This document shows positions 1 through 8,341 of a stretch of 64,000 nucleotides of DNA, piece by piece (the stretch's first letter is position 1; the number at the start of each line of letters is the position of its first letter). The position numbers were made by a program, and so were the translations under genes. The notes beneath the pieces are model-generated. The model saw only the letters and a list, made by a program, of their open reading frames with translations. It searched no databases and was not told where the DNA came from. The stretch spans positions 6,407 through 70,406 of the forward strand of contig CAIUPP010000109.1 of the NCBI GenBank assembly GCA_903901045.1, written 5' to 3'. Source of the stretch: an uncultured Planctomycetota bacterium (GTDB taxonomy: Bacteria; Planctomycetota; Brocadiia; CAIUPP01).

Positions 1-150
1 CTGTTTTGCTCTGTTGAAACCATCCTGTTTCGCTTGTCAAACCGCGAAGCGGCCGTCGGACTCTAGCCCACGGCGAGCGAAGCGAGTCGTGGGCTACTAT
101 CCGTCACCCCCTGCGGGGGTTCGCAGAATGATTTCAACAGAGCAAAACAG
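1..150. mobile_element. MITE-like element with 19-bp terminal inverted repeats and an internal REP-like palindrome
   Basis: CTGTTTTGCTCTGTTGAAA (1-19) is the exact reverse complement of TTTCAACAGAGCAAAACAG (132-150). The interior has AGCCCACGGC...GTCGTGGGCT and ACCCCCTGCGGGGGT hairpins. It may extend past the window edge. Confidence 0.5.
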
Positions 151-204
151 CTTCTACTGATTGCTGAATGCCCCGGGCGCGAGGCGATTCAAATCGCCGT
201 TCGT

Positions 205-1092
205 TCACCGCTCCGGGTCGGGGAAGTAGGTGTGGAAGAAGCCGGGCTGGCCTAACTCGAAACGCGCTTCCAGGATGTCCCTTTCGGTGATCGGCCCCAG
301 CTTGTCCAGGCGGTCCGTCTCCTTCGGCGAACGGCACGCGGAGCATTGCAGGCGGCGCAGTTTGTCGGTGACGCGGTCGCCGAATTCCTCCGGATCGGAC
401 TCCAGGGACTGCTCGTAGGCCTCGCAGGCCTCCTCGGTTTCGCCGCGCATTTCGTGGACCATGCCGATCCACCAGTAGAGCTGGGCGTCGAACATTTCAT
501 CCCCGAGGCCGCCGCGGAACGCCTGGATGGACTCGCGGAATGCGCGGTCGAGCGCGCGGGGGTTGTGGACGACCAACTCTCCGTCGCGCGCGCCCGGCTC
601 GGTGAAACGCTGCAGCGCGGAGGAGTAGAGGTTGTACCCGAGGGCGAAGTGCACCAGCGGGTGATGGCAGCCCATGCGCATGGCGTGGCGCACCAGATGG
701 ATCACTTCCTGCGTGCGGCCGAGATGATAGCTGCATTCCGCCAGCAGGAGGTCGCGCGCGACGGTCTGGCAGCCGTCGATGACCTCCATCCGGTCGAGCG
801 ACCGGCTCAAGCGGTCGAGCAGGAAATGGGATTCCTTTCCGGCGCGGGCGACCTCGTCAATGTCGCTGCCGCCATTTTCGTCCAGCCGCTCGACGGATTC
901 GTGCCGCCGGCACTCGACGCGCAGGAAGAGATGGAACGCCTGCCCCAGCCGCGTTTCACTGGCGTCCACTTCGGACATCATGCCGTTGAGGAAGCGGTAG
1001 AAGGCCCGGGAGAATGGGGAGACGGTGGACATCTGCTCCACCCGCCGGAGGGTGGCGTCCAACGTCTCTTCCTTTTTCGGATAGTAGTTCAT
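205..1092 (-). CDS. Hypothetical protein with tetratricopeptide-like repeats
   Basis: 295-aa ORF with GAAAGGA just before ATG. Helical TPR-like segments include VHFALGYNLY and LYWWIGMVHEMRGETEEACEAYEQSLESDP. Confidence 0.7.
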   Translation of the reverse strand: MNYYPKKEETLDATLRRVEQMSTVSPFSRAFYRFLNGMMSEVDASETRLGQAFHLFLRVECRRHESVERLDENGGSDIDEVARAGKESHFLLDRLSRSLDRMEVIDGCQTVARDLLLAECSYHLGRTQEVIHLVRHAMRMGCHHPLVHFALGYNLYSSALQRFTEPGARDGELVVHNPRALDRAFRESIQAFRGGLGDEMFDAQLYWWIGMVHEMRGETEEACEAYEQSLESDPEEFGDRVTDKLRRLQCSACRSPKETDRLDKLGPITERDILEARFELGQPGFFHTYFPDPER

Positions 1093-1255
1093 CCTTTCTC
1101 CCCATGCTCTCTATATTCATTATTGGGTCGCGCTACGCCACTGTCAAGGAAATGGCACAATAATTGACAAGCACGGAGGGGCGACTTATAATGCTTCGCA
1201 ACGTACGGTCCCACAATCAGATACAACGAACCGCGACAGCGGAAGAAGGTCTTAA

Positions 1256-3040
1256 GTGGCATCAAGAAAACGAGATAAACACGCCGGCCGCCGCTCCAGC
1301 CTGAAGACAAAAGGGCTCTTTGTCGAGGAATCCGCCGCGAAAGCGACAGAAGCGGCTCCCGCGAAGGGGGCCGCCGGGAAGGGCGCCGAGGCAAAGCCGG
1401 CGAAGAAGTCCGCCGCGCCCGAGGCAGGGGCCAAGCATGCTCCGCCTGCGCGAGAGGTGAAGCGTGAAGCCGCCGTGCCCGTGCGCCGCCGCACGGCGGA
1501 GCAGATGGCGACGATGCAGCGGGAAATCTCGGTGAGCGAGTTCTTCACCAAGAACCGCCATCTCCTGGGTTTCGACAATCCGCGCAAGGCGCTGCTGACG
1601 GCGGTCAAGGAAGCGGTGGACAATTCGCTCGACGCGTGCGAGGAGGCGGGGATCCTCCCCGAGGTGCGCGTCATCATCCGGCCGGTCGAAGGGGCCGAGG
1701 ACCGGTTCAGCATTTGCGTGGAGGACAACGGGCCGGGGATTGTCTCGGCGCAGGTGCCGCGCATTTTCGGCAAGCTGCTCTACGGGTCGAAATTCCACCG
1801 GATGAAGATGTCGCGCGGACAGCAGGGGATCGGCATCAGCGCCGCGGCGATGTACGGGCAACTCACCACCGGGAAGCCGACGCACGTTGTGAGCCGCACG
1901 GGGGCGGGCAAGAAGGCGTTCCAGTGCGACTTGCTTCTGGATACGCGCAAGAACGAGCCGCAGGTGGTCAGCGAGGGTGAGGCGGAGTGGGACCGTCCGC
2001 ACGGCACGTCGGTGACGATGGAGATGGAGGCGCGCTACACCCGCGGGCGGCAGTCGGTGGAGGAGTACCTCCAGCAGGTCAGCATCGCCAACCCGCACGC
2101 CACGGTGCATTTCGATCCGCCGGAAGGGGATCCGCTGGACCTGCCGCGCACGACGAACGAGCTTCCCCCCGAGGCGCGCGAGATCAAGCCGCACCCGCTC
2201 GGCATCGAACTGGGGATGCTGATCGGGATGCTCCAGACCAGCCGGGCGCGGAATCTGGCGAGCTTCCTGCACAGCGATTTCTCGCGCGTGAGCAGCGCGG
2301 TGGCGAAGGATATCTGCAAGCGCGCGGGGTTGCCGGAGGGGGCCAAGCCGTCGCGCATCGCGCGGCAGGAGGCGGACCAGCTTTTCCGCGCGCTGCAGGA
2401 GACGAAGCTGATGAAGCCGCCGGTGGACTGCATTGTCCCCATCGGCCAGGAGTTGCTGCTGAAGGGGCTGAAGCGCGGGGTCGAGGCGGAGTTCTACCAC
2501 ACCGTCACGCGCCCCCCGTGCGTCTATCGCGGCAACCCGTTCCAGATCGAAGTCGGCATCGCGTACGGAGGGGAACTGAAGGCGGACGAGCCGTGCCGGG
2601 TACTGCGCTTCGCCAACCGGGTGCCGCTGCTCTACCAGCAATCCGCCTGCGCCGTCACGCGCGCCGTGGGCACCACCGCGTGGCGCAACTACGGCATCCA
2701 GCAGTCCGCGGGGCAGCTCCCCGTGGGCCCCATCGCCATCGTGGTGCATATGGCGAGCGTGTGGGTGCCGTTCACCTCCGAGAGCAAGGAGGCGGTCGCG
2801 CACTACCCTGAGATCCTCAAGGAGATCAAGCTGGCGCTCCAGGAGTGCGGGCGGCGGCTGGGGCAGTTCGTCCGCCACCGCCGCCGCGAGGCGGACGCCG
2901 AGCGCAAGCGGCAGTACATCACCAAGTACATCCCCCACATCGGCATCGCGCTGCGGGAAATCCTCGACCTGAACGACAAACAGGTGGAGGAGGTGACGAG
3001 GAAGCTGGAAGAATTGCTGGAGAAGAGCAGGAAGATGTGA
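1256..3040 (+). CDS. top6B: DNA topoisomerase VI subunit B
   Basis: GHKL ATPase motifs EAVDNSLDA, DNGPG and SRGQQGIG. Top6B signatures QREISVSEFF..NRHLLGF, RFANRVPLLYQ and VPFTSESKEA. The N-terminal ~80 aa are an Ala/Lys-rich extension. Confidence 0.95.
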   Translation: MASRKRDKHAGRRSSLKTKGLFVEESAAKATEAAPAKGAAGKGAEAKPAKKSAAPEAGAKHAPPAREVKREAAVPVRRRTAEQMATMQREISVSEFFTKNRHLLGFDNPRKALLTAVKEAVDNSLDACEEAGILPEVRVIIRPVEGAEDRFSICVEDNGPGIVSAQVPRIFGKLLYGSKFHRMKMSRGQQGIGISAAAMYGQLTTGKPTHVVSRTGAGKKAFQCDLLLDTRKNEPQVVSEGEAEWDRPHGTSVTMEMEARYTRGRQSVEEYLQQVSIANPHATVHFDPPEGDPLDLPRTTNELPPEAREIKPHPLGIELGMLIGMLQTSRARNLASFLHSDFSRVSSAVAKDICKRAGLPEGAKPSRIARQEADQLFRALQETKLMKPPVDCIVPIGQELLLKGLKRGVEAEFYHTVTRPPCVYRGNPFQIEVGIAYGGELKADEPCRVLRFANRVPLLYQQSACAVTRAVGTTAWRNYGIQQSAGQLPVGPIAIVVHMASVWVPFTSESKEAVAHYPEILKEIKLALQECGRRLGQFVRHRRREADAERKRQYITKYIPHIGIALREILDLNDKQVEEVTRKLEELLEKSRKM

Positions 3041-3045
3041 ACGGC

Positions 3046-3094
3046 GAGTGCAGAGTGCAGAGTACAGAGTACAGAGTACAGAGTACAGAGTGAA
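3046..3094 (+). repeat. Heptamer tandem array (GAGTRCA)n
   Basis: GAGTGCA x2, GAGTACA x4 and GAGTGAA directly after the top6B stop, with GTGAACGGC at both ends. Confidence 0.9.
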
Positions 3095-3127
3095 CGGCAC
3101 TCGTGATAACGGAGTCTATTAGTAACC

Positions 3128-3180
3128 GTCATTGCGAGGCCGACCCTGAGCGCAGTCGAAGGGGAAGGCCGTGGCAATCT
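3128..3180 (+). repeat. REP-like element GTCATTGCGAGG...GTGGCAATCT
   Basis: An inverted counterpart lies at 4095-4146, and further copies lie at about 7929-7979 and 8133-8184. Confidence 0.7.
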
Positions 3181-3297
3181 TCATGTTGTCCGTTGCCGTT
3201 GGCGTTGGCGTGGTGGGGCACGGCAGGGCAACTGGCACAAGTTTGAACCGTCTGCGGACTTGGTGGCTCGCCTCCTCGACGCGCTGCCTTGATGCGT

Positions 3298-3864
3298 TCA
3301 GACCGTGCGAAGTATTTCGCCAGGCGCCAAGCCTTCTGGGGTCTTCCCTTCGTCGAAGCTTGCGAACGCATTGCCCACGGCCAAAGAGGGAATTCTGAGG
3401 GCACGCGCCAAGGCGGCATGCCTCTCCGCGGCAAACACGTAACCATCATCGTCATAGGAAGACTTTCGCAGGATGGCCTCTACAGCTTGCACATCGGTAG
3501 CGCCAAAGGCAGCGCAGAGCTTCTTGGCGTCACCCCCAGAGGGCGGCGATGGTTCGGCTGCTGGATCAAAATATCCGGGTGAGGAATCATATTCATCGAC
3601 CAACTTGCCATCCAAGTAAAGCTGATACCAGAGAATGTCATCGTCGTGATTCAGGAGAGCTAAGACGGGGCAGGACAGTTGATGCGAAAGATCGGCGGCA
3701 AGAGATGCCATCACTTCCTGATCCTGCCCGTCTGACTGCTGATCAAATACCACCGCGCACCCGTCTTGCGCGGGTCCAACAACCGCCGAACGTCCCGCCA
3801 GCACAGCGGCTATCGCCTGCGTACTCACATGCTTCAACGTGTAGTTTGAATAGAAGCCACCCAT
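3298..3864 (-). CDS. Hypothetical protein
   Basis: The protein-like part of the 296-aa ORF begins at MGGFYSNYTLK (ATG 3864) and contains an acidic LLNHDDDILWYQLYLDG motif. The upstream part runs through a REP and is probably non-coding. Confidence 0.7.
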   Translation of the reverse strand: MGGFYSNYTLKHVSTQAIAAVLAGRSAVVGPAQDGCAVVFDQQSDGQDQEVMASLAADLSHQLSCPVLALLNHDDDILWYQLYLDGKLVDEYDSSPGYFDPAAEPSPPSGGDAKKLCAAFGATDVQAVEAILRKSSYDDDGYVFAAERHAALARALRIPSLAVGNAFASFDEGKTPEGLAPGEILRTV

Positions 3865-4094
3865 GATGAAATCTCCTGGCATCCGATATTCTGGGGACGA
3901 CTCAGTGGCCCCGGAACCGCGTTTGGCAATCCGGTTGCCTCCCCTGCAGGTTTGAACCGCATCGCTCAACCGAGCGGATTGTAACTCATTGGCAGGCAGC
4001 AAGAAAGCCCCGCGCCTGATCTGCACGAGGGTCATCTGCAAGAATGCTCGGGGCGGCGAGATTTGAACGGCAAACGTCTTAACGAAGAACTGGA

Positions 4095-4146
4095 AGATTG
4101 CCGCGTCGTTCCATCCCGCAGGCGGGACGGAACTCCTCGCAATGAC
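4095..4146 (-). repeat. REP-like element AGATTGCCGCGTCG...CTCCTCGCAATGAC
   Basis: Inverted partner of 3128-3180, with an internal TCCCGCAGGCGGGA hairpin. Confidence 0.7.
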
Positions 4147-4267
4147 CACGTATTGATCACTGGCGCAGCGCATTTTCCGGCTGGGCAACCGCTCCCGTCT
4201 TGAAACCCCACCCCCTGCGGGCTATCATGTGTGCAGTCCCAGGTACCGTTTTTGCTGAGGCAGTTCG

Positions 4268-4567
4268 ATGACGCCGCAGGTTGCCATCCCGCATGCCAGG
4301 ATTGCCGCGTTTTGCCGGAAGCACCATATCCGGCGATTGGCTCTTTTCGGCTCCGTGCTGCGCGCTGATTTCATGCCTCAGAGCGATGTGGATGTGCTGG
4401 TGGAGTTCGCGTCGGGTCACACGCCGGGCCTTTCGTTCTTCGCCATGGAACGGGAGTTGTCCGAAATCCTTGGCCGGAAAGTGGACTTGAACACGCCGCA
4501 GTTCATGAGCGCCTACTATCGCGACGAGGCGCTGAGCGCGGCGGAGGTCCTCTATGACGCGCCATGA
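4268..4567 (+). CDS. Minimal nucleotidyltransferase (MNT / MntA-type antitoxin)
   Basis: 99 aa with LALFGSVLRADFMPQSDVDVLVEF (GS...DxD motif) and ELSEILGRKVDL, typical of MNT. Confidence 0.9.
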   Translation: MTPQVAIPHARIAAFCRKHHIRRLALFGSVLRADFMPQSDVDVLVEFASGHTPGLSFFAMERELSEILGRKVDLNTPQFMSAYYRDEALSAAEVLYDAP

Positions 4568-4622
4568 TCCGAACATCAGTGTGCGGGGGCCAAAGGCAGA
4601 AAGATGGATGCAATGGGTCTGA
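4554..4622 (+). pseudogene. Probable truncated 5' remnant of a HEPN (DUF86) toxin gene
   Basis: An ATG overlapping the MNT 3' end reads MTRHDPNISVR..., which resembles DUF86 N-termini. It stops after 22 aa, where the caspase gene begins. Confidence 0.45.
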
Positions 4623-5677
4623 GTGTAATGGCCATCGGTGTGTCCGATTACGATCACCTTACCAACCTCCAGGGGCCAATTCGTGACTTGGACTTGATAG
4701 AGGGTCTCTTATGCGATAATCCGTTGACGGCCCTCATACCTAAAGCTAGGTTCCACCGTTTCCAGAACCCTACTTCTGGAGACGTTAGGCAGGCCATCAC
4801 GCAATTTGTGGTAGATCGATCCGCCGAGCGAGATGTGCTCGTATTCTATTTTTCCGGGCATGGTAGCCCGATATCCTTCAATGACTTCGCATTCTGCCTA
4901 AGAGACACACGTTCTTACCCAGACAAGAGAGTTCTGCCTTCATCAGCCTTACGTCTTTCGGACCTACTTGAAACGCTCTCTGTCATGAACGTCATACCCA
5001 TCATAGTTGCCGATACATGTTTCAGTGGGCATATAGGCCCTTCCACCATCACTGCTCACCAGACAGTTGAAATAGTTCGGGCGAGCAGTGCCGCATCTTG
5101 TGCGGGAAGCTACTGTCTGGCATGCGCTTGTTCAGCAAACGAAACAGCAAAATCAAGAGCGGCCGGTGTTTTCACGGAAGCCCTAGTCGCGACCGCTGCA
5201 AGAGGACTTGCGGATAAGATAGGGAAGCGAAAAAGGCAACTATCGCTTCAAGACTTGTTTGCCCAGATAGACCTGCGCGTATCTAATCTTGACGTTGATA
5301 TGAATGCTCGGTTTTACGTAGGGCCAACGTTGCCGCACGTTGATTTTGTGAAAAACGCCGCTTACGCACCGCGTGTGGAAACACTCACGCCATACCTGGT
5401 GGAACTCCTCCGTTGGATAATGAGCAAGGGCGGGTGTGCCTCCACCGATAGTATACGTAAACACACGGCTGGTTCTTATGGCAATCATAGTAAGCTCAGT
5501 TACCCACAATGGCGACTTCTCAAAGACGGCAAGACTCGTCAAGAGAGGATTATTACCAAACGGGGCCGGCGTTTTCTTCGCAATGAGTTGACGGTACCGA
5601 ATAGAATCTGTCAGCAGGCTAATGGCAGTTGGCGACCGGCAAGAGACGCGAGGCGTGTTCACGCGAGAGATATATGA
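4604..5677 (+). CDS. Caspase-family (peptidase C14) protein with a basic C-terminal winged-helix-like domain
   Basis: AIGVSDY, catalytic His motif FYFSGHG and Cys motif ADTCFSG. The C-terminus contains YGNHSKLSYPQWRLL...ITKRGRRFL. Visibly lower GC than the flanks. Confidence 0.85.
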   Translation: MDAMGLSVMAIGVSDYDHLTNLQGPIRDLDLIEGLLCDNPLTALIPKARFHRFQNPTSGDVRQAITQFVVDRSAERDVLVFYFSGHGSPISFNDFAFCLRDTRSYPDKRVLPSSALRLSDLLETLSVMNVIPIIVADTCFSGHIGPSTITAHQTVEIVRASSAASCAGSYCLACACSANETAKSRAAGVFTEALVATAARGLADKIGKRKRQLSLQDLFAQIDLRVSNLDVDMNARFYVGPTLPHVDFVKNAAYAPRVETLTPYLVELLRWIMSKGGCASTDSIRKHTAGSYGNHSKLSYPQWRLLKDGKTRQERIITKRGRRFLRNELTVPNRICQQANGSWRPARDARRVHARDI

Positions 5678-6522
5678 CCGCAAGAAATACGGTGTTCTTT
5701 GCCGAGAATTTGGAGATTCTTCGGCAACTCAAACCTGCCTCCGTAGATTTGATCTACATCGATCCGCCATTTAACACCGGTGGGCCGCAGAGGCGCACAC
5801 GCCTGACGACCGTACAAGATGCCAATGGCGATCGGACGGGGTTCGGTGGTAGGCGATACCGCACGAGACGCGTGGGAGACATTTCCTTCGCCGATAAGTT
5901 CGTCGCGTACATTATTGGCTTCTTGGAGCCGCGTCTCGTGGAGGCGCACCGCGTTCTTGCGCCGCACGGCTCGCTCTATCTGCACCTGGACTACCGCGAG
6001 GTGCATCACGCGAAGGTGCTAATGGACGGTATTTTCGGGCGGGACAATTTTCTGAACGAAATCATTTGGGCGTACGACTACGGCGCGCGGCAACGTGACC
6101 GGTGGCCGACCAAACATGACAACATTCTCTTCTACGTGAAGGACCGCAATCGGTACACCTGGAATCTGGAGGCGGTGGACCGGATTGCTTACATGGCACC
6201 GGCTCTGGTGGGGCCGGAGAAGGCGGCGCGCGGCAAGCTGCCGACGGATACCTGGTGGCATACGATCGTGAGCCCCACGGGCAAGGAGAAGACCGGCTAC
6301 CCAACGCAGAAGCCGCTGGGGATTATCCGCCGGATGATCCTGGCTTCCTCGAATCCCGGCGACCTGGTGCTGGATTTCTTCGCCGGGAGCGGCACGACGG
6401 GGGTGGCGGCGCATGAACTCGGAAGGCGGTTCATCCTGGTCGACAACAACCCGGAGGCGTTCGCGGTGATGAAGAAACGGTTGAAGGGGACGGGGGCGAG
6501 GTTTGTAACGACGAACGGATGA
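5674..6522 (+). CDS. Site-specific N6-adenine/N4-cytosine DNA methyltransferase (beta-class motif order)
   Basis: Motif IV IYIDPPF lies N-terminal to YPTQKP and motif I VLDFFAGSGTT. ATG 5674 overlaps the caspase TGA (ATGA). Confidence 0.92.
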   Translation: MTARNTVFFAENLEILRQLKPASVDLIYIDPPFNTGGPQRRTRLTTVQDANGDRTGFGGRRYRTRRVGDISFADKFVAYIIGFLEPRLVEAHRVLAPHGSLYLHLDYREVHHAKVLMDGIFGRDNFLNEIIWAYDYGARQRDRWPTKHDNILFYVKDRNRYTWNLEAVDRIAYMAPALVGPEKAARGKLPTDTWWHTIVSPTGKEKTGYPTQKPLGIIRRMILASSNPGDLVLDFFAGSGTTGVAAHELGRRFILVDNNPEAFAVMKKRLKGTGARFVTTNG

Positions 6523-6588
6523 TTGGCGATTGACGAATTGCGATTTGGCGGAGCAATCCGGCGCGGGCTCGTGGTTCGCGACGGGTTA

Positions 6589-6613
6589 AGGGCGCAGCAT
6601 GCTGCGCCCCTAC
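6589..6613 (-). repeat. GTAG-type REP palindrome (GTAGGGGCGCAGCATGCTGCGCCCT)
   Basis: The same sequence recurs at 14892-14915, 18674-18698, 26594-26618, 41808-41832 and 41991-42015. Confidence 0.9.
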
Positions 6614-6634
6614 AATACGGGGTGAGGTGCGCTG

Positions 6635-7801
6635 CTACATGGTGAAACCGATCCCCGCGAGCTTCTTCGCCAGGGAGGGCGTTCCGCCGACCAGCCGCAC
6701 GCGCGTGTTCCGGAATTCGCGGCGGATGGGGTACTCCTTGCGCAGTCGGTCGAACCAGGGGGCGCGTTCCGCCTCCGGCATGTCGAGCAATTTCCGCAGG
6801 GCGGCGTCGTCGCGCTCGATGGGGTAGATGCGCTGCACCGCTTCGCGCAGCACGGTCTCTTCGTCGCGCCCGGCGGCCTGAAGCGTCATCTCCGCCGTCT
6901 CGGGGGGGGGCATTGCCGCGAGGGCGTCCCAGGCCGGCTTTACACCCAGGAATTTGCTGGCGGCCTCGTGGAGCATCCGCGTGCCGTTGACTTTCCCGTC
7001 GAAAGAGTACCCCGCGATGTGCGGCGTGCCGAGGGCGGCGCGCTTCAGCAGCGCGGCGTTCAGCGCGGGCTCCCCCTCCCAGACGTCCAGCACCGCGTCG
7101 GCCAGGCGCCCCTCCTCCAGCGCGCGCAGGAGCGCGGCGTTGTCGGCGACGGCGCCGCGCGAGGAGTTCAAGAGCACGGCGCCCTTCTTCATGCGGCCCA
7201 GGAAGGCGGCATCCGCCAGATGCCAGGTGGGATCGGTCCCCTTCTTCTCGAACGGGACGTGCAGCGTGACGAAATCGCAGCCGAGGATTTCCTCCAGCGG
7301 ACTGTACTGCGCGCCGGCGGCCTGCCCAGATCCCGCCGAAGAGGCGGCGCGCAGCAGCGGGGGGTCGTTGAGGAGCAGGCGCATTCCGAGCGCCCGGGTT
7401 TTTGCGGCGACGCGGCTGCCGACGTTCCCAACCCCCACGATGCCGATGCTGCGCCCGGCAAGCGTCCAGCCGTGGCGCGCGGCGAGCGTGAGGAGCGCGG
7501 CGACGATGTACTCCCCGACGGAGTTGGCGTTGGAGCCGGGGGCGGCGGCGAAGGTGATGCCCGCGCGCTGCAGCCAGGGGAGGTCCACGTGATCGGTGCC
7601 GATGGTGGCGGTGCCGACGAAGCGCACGCGGCTCCCTTCCAGGAGCGCGGCGTCCACCTTGGTTACGGAGCGCACCATGAGCAGGTCGGCGTCGCGCACG
7701 GCGGCGGCGTCCATTTTGCGGCCCGAGACGAGGCGCACTTCGCCCAGGGGGCCGAAGGCCTCTTTCGCGTACGGGATGTTTTCGTCGGCGACGATTTGCA
7801 T
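6635..7801 (-). CDS. pdxB: Erythronate-4-phosphate dehydrogenase
   Basis: MQIVADENIPY, VRSVTKVD, TATIGTDH, GVGNVG, LDVWEGEP, TPHIAGYSFDGK and a C-terminal FDRLRKEYPIRREF. GGAG RBS upstream. Confidence 0.92.
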   Translation of the reverse strand: MQIVADENIPYAKEAFGPLGEVRLVSGRKMDAAAVRDADLLMVRSVTKVDAALLEGSRVRFVGTATIGTDHVDLPWLQRAGITFAAAPGSNANSVGEYIVAALLTLAARHGWTLAGRSIGIVGVGNVGSRVAAKTRALGMRLLLNDPPLLRAASSAGSGQAAGAQYSPLEEILGCDFVTLHVPFEKKGTDPTWHLADAAFLGRMKKGAVLLNSSRGAVADNAALLRALEEGRLADAVLDVWEGEPALNAALLKRAALGTPHIAGYSFDGKVNGTRMLHEAASKFLGVKPAWDALAAMPPPETAEMTLQAAGRDEETVLREAVQRIYPIERDDAALRKLLDMPEAERAPWFDRLRKEYPIRREFRNTRVRLVGGTPSLAKKLAGIGFTM

Positions 7802-7817
7802 GTCTGCTCCGTAACTT

Positions 7818-8341
7818 GTCCGGGAAAGGGGGTCAGGCATCTTTTCGCGACGGCGAAAAGCAGCCAGACCCCTTTCCCTCAGTTATCCGTTGGCGTGCCG
7901 TCGAGGGAACGGCCAACGACTATCAGGAAGATTGCCACGTCGTTCCCCCGCTTCCGCGGGGGAACTCCTCGCAATGACGGCGCATTGGATGGACGGCACG
8001 CCCGCCGCAGCCATGGGTCGTCCAGGAAAGGGGGTCAGGCATCTTTTCGCAACGGCGAAAAGCAGCCAGACCCCGTTTCCTTCAGTTATCCGCTGTCGTT
8101 GACGGCAAGAGAACGGCCTACGACTATCAGGAAGATTGCCACGTCGTTCCCCCGCTTCCGCGGGGGGAACTCCTCGCAATGACGGCCAATGGATGGGCGG
8201 CACGTCCGCCGCACCCATGGGTCGTCCGGGAAGTGGGGTCAGGCATCTTTTCGCGACGGCGAAAAGCAGCCAGACCCCCTTTCCCTCAGCTATCCGACCC
8301 CGTTTCCTTCAGCTATTCGACCCCGTTTCCCTCAGTTATCC
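7818..8341. repeat. BIME-like tandem array of a ~203-bp unit (starts 7818, 8020, 8224) built from two palindrome types
   Basis: GGAAAGGGGGTCAGGCATCTTTTCGC..GCGAAAAGCAGCCAGACCCCTTTCC occurs three times and GATTGCCACGTCG..CTCCTCGCAATGAC twice, followed by short ACCCCGTTTCCYTCAGYTATYCG repeats. Confidence 0.9.

Noticed and set aside
7818-8341. CRISPR array
   Set aside because: The units are ~203 bp and the intervening sequences are homologous rather than unique spacers. No cas genes are in the window.
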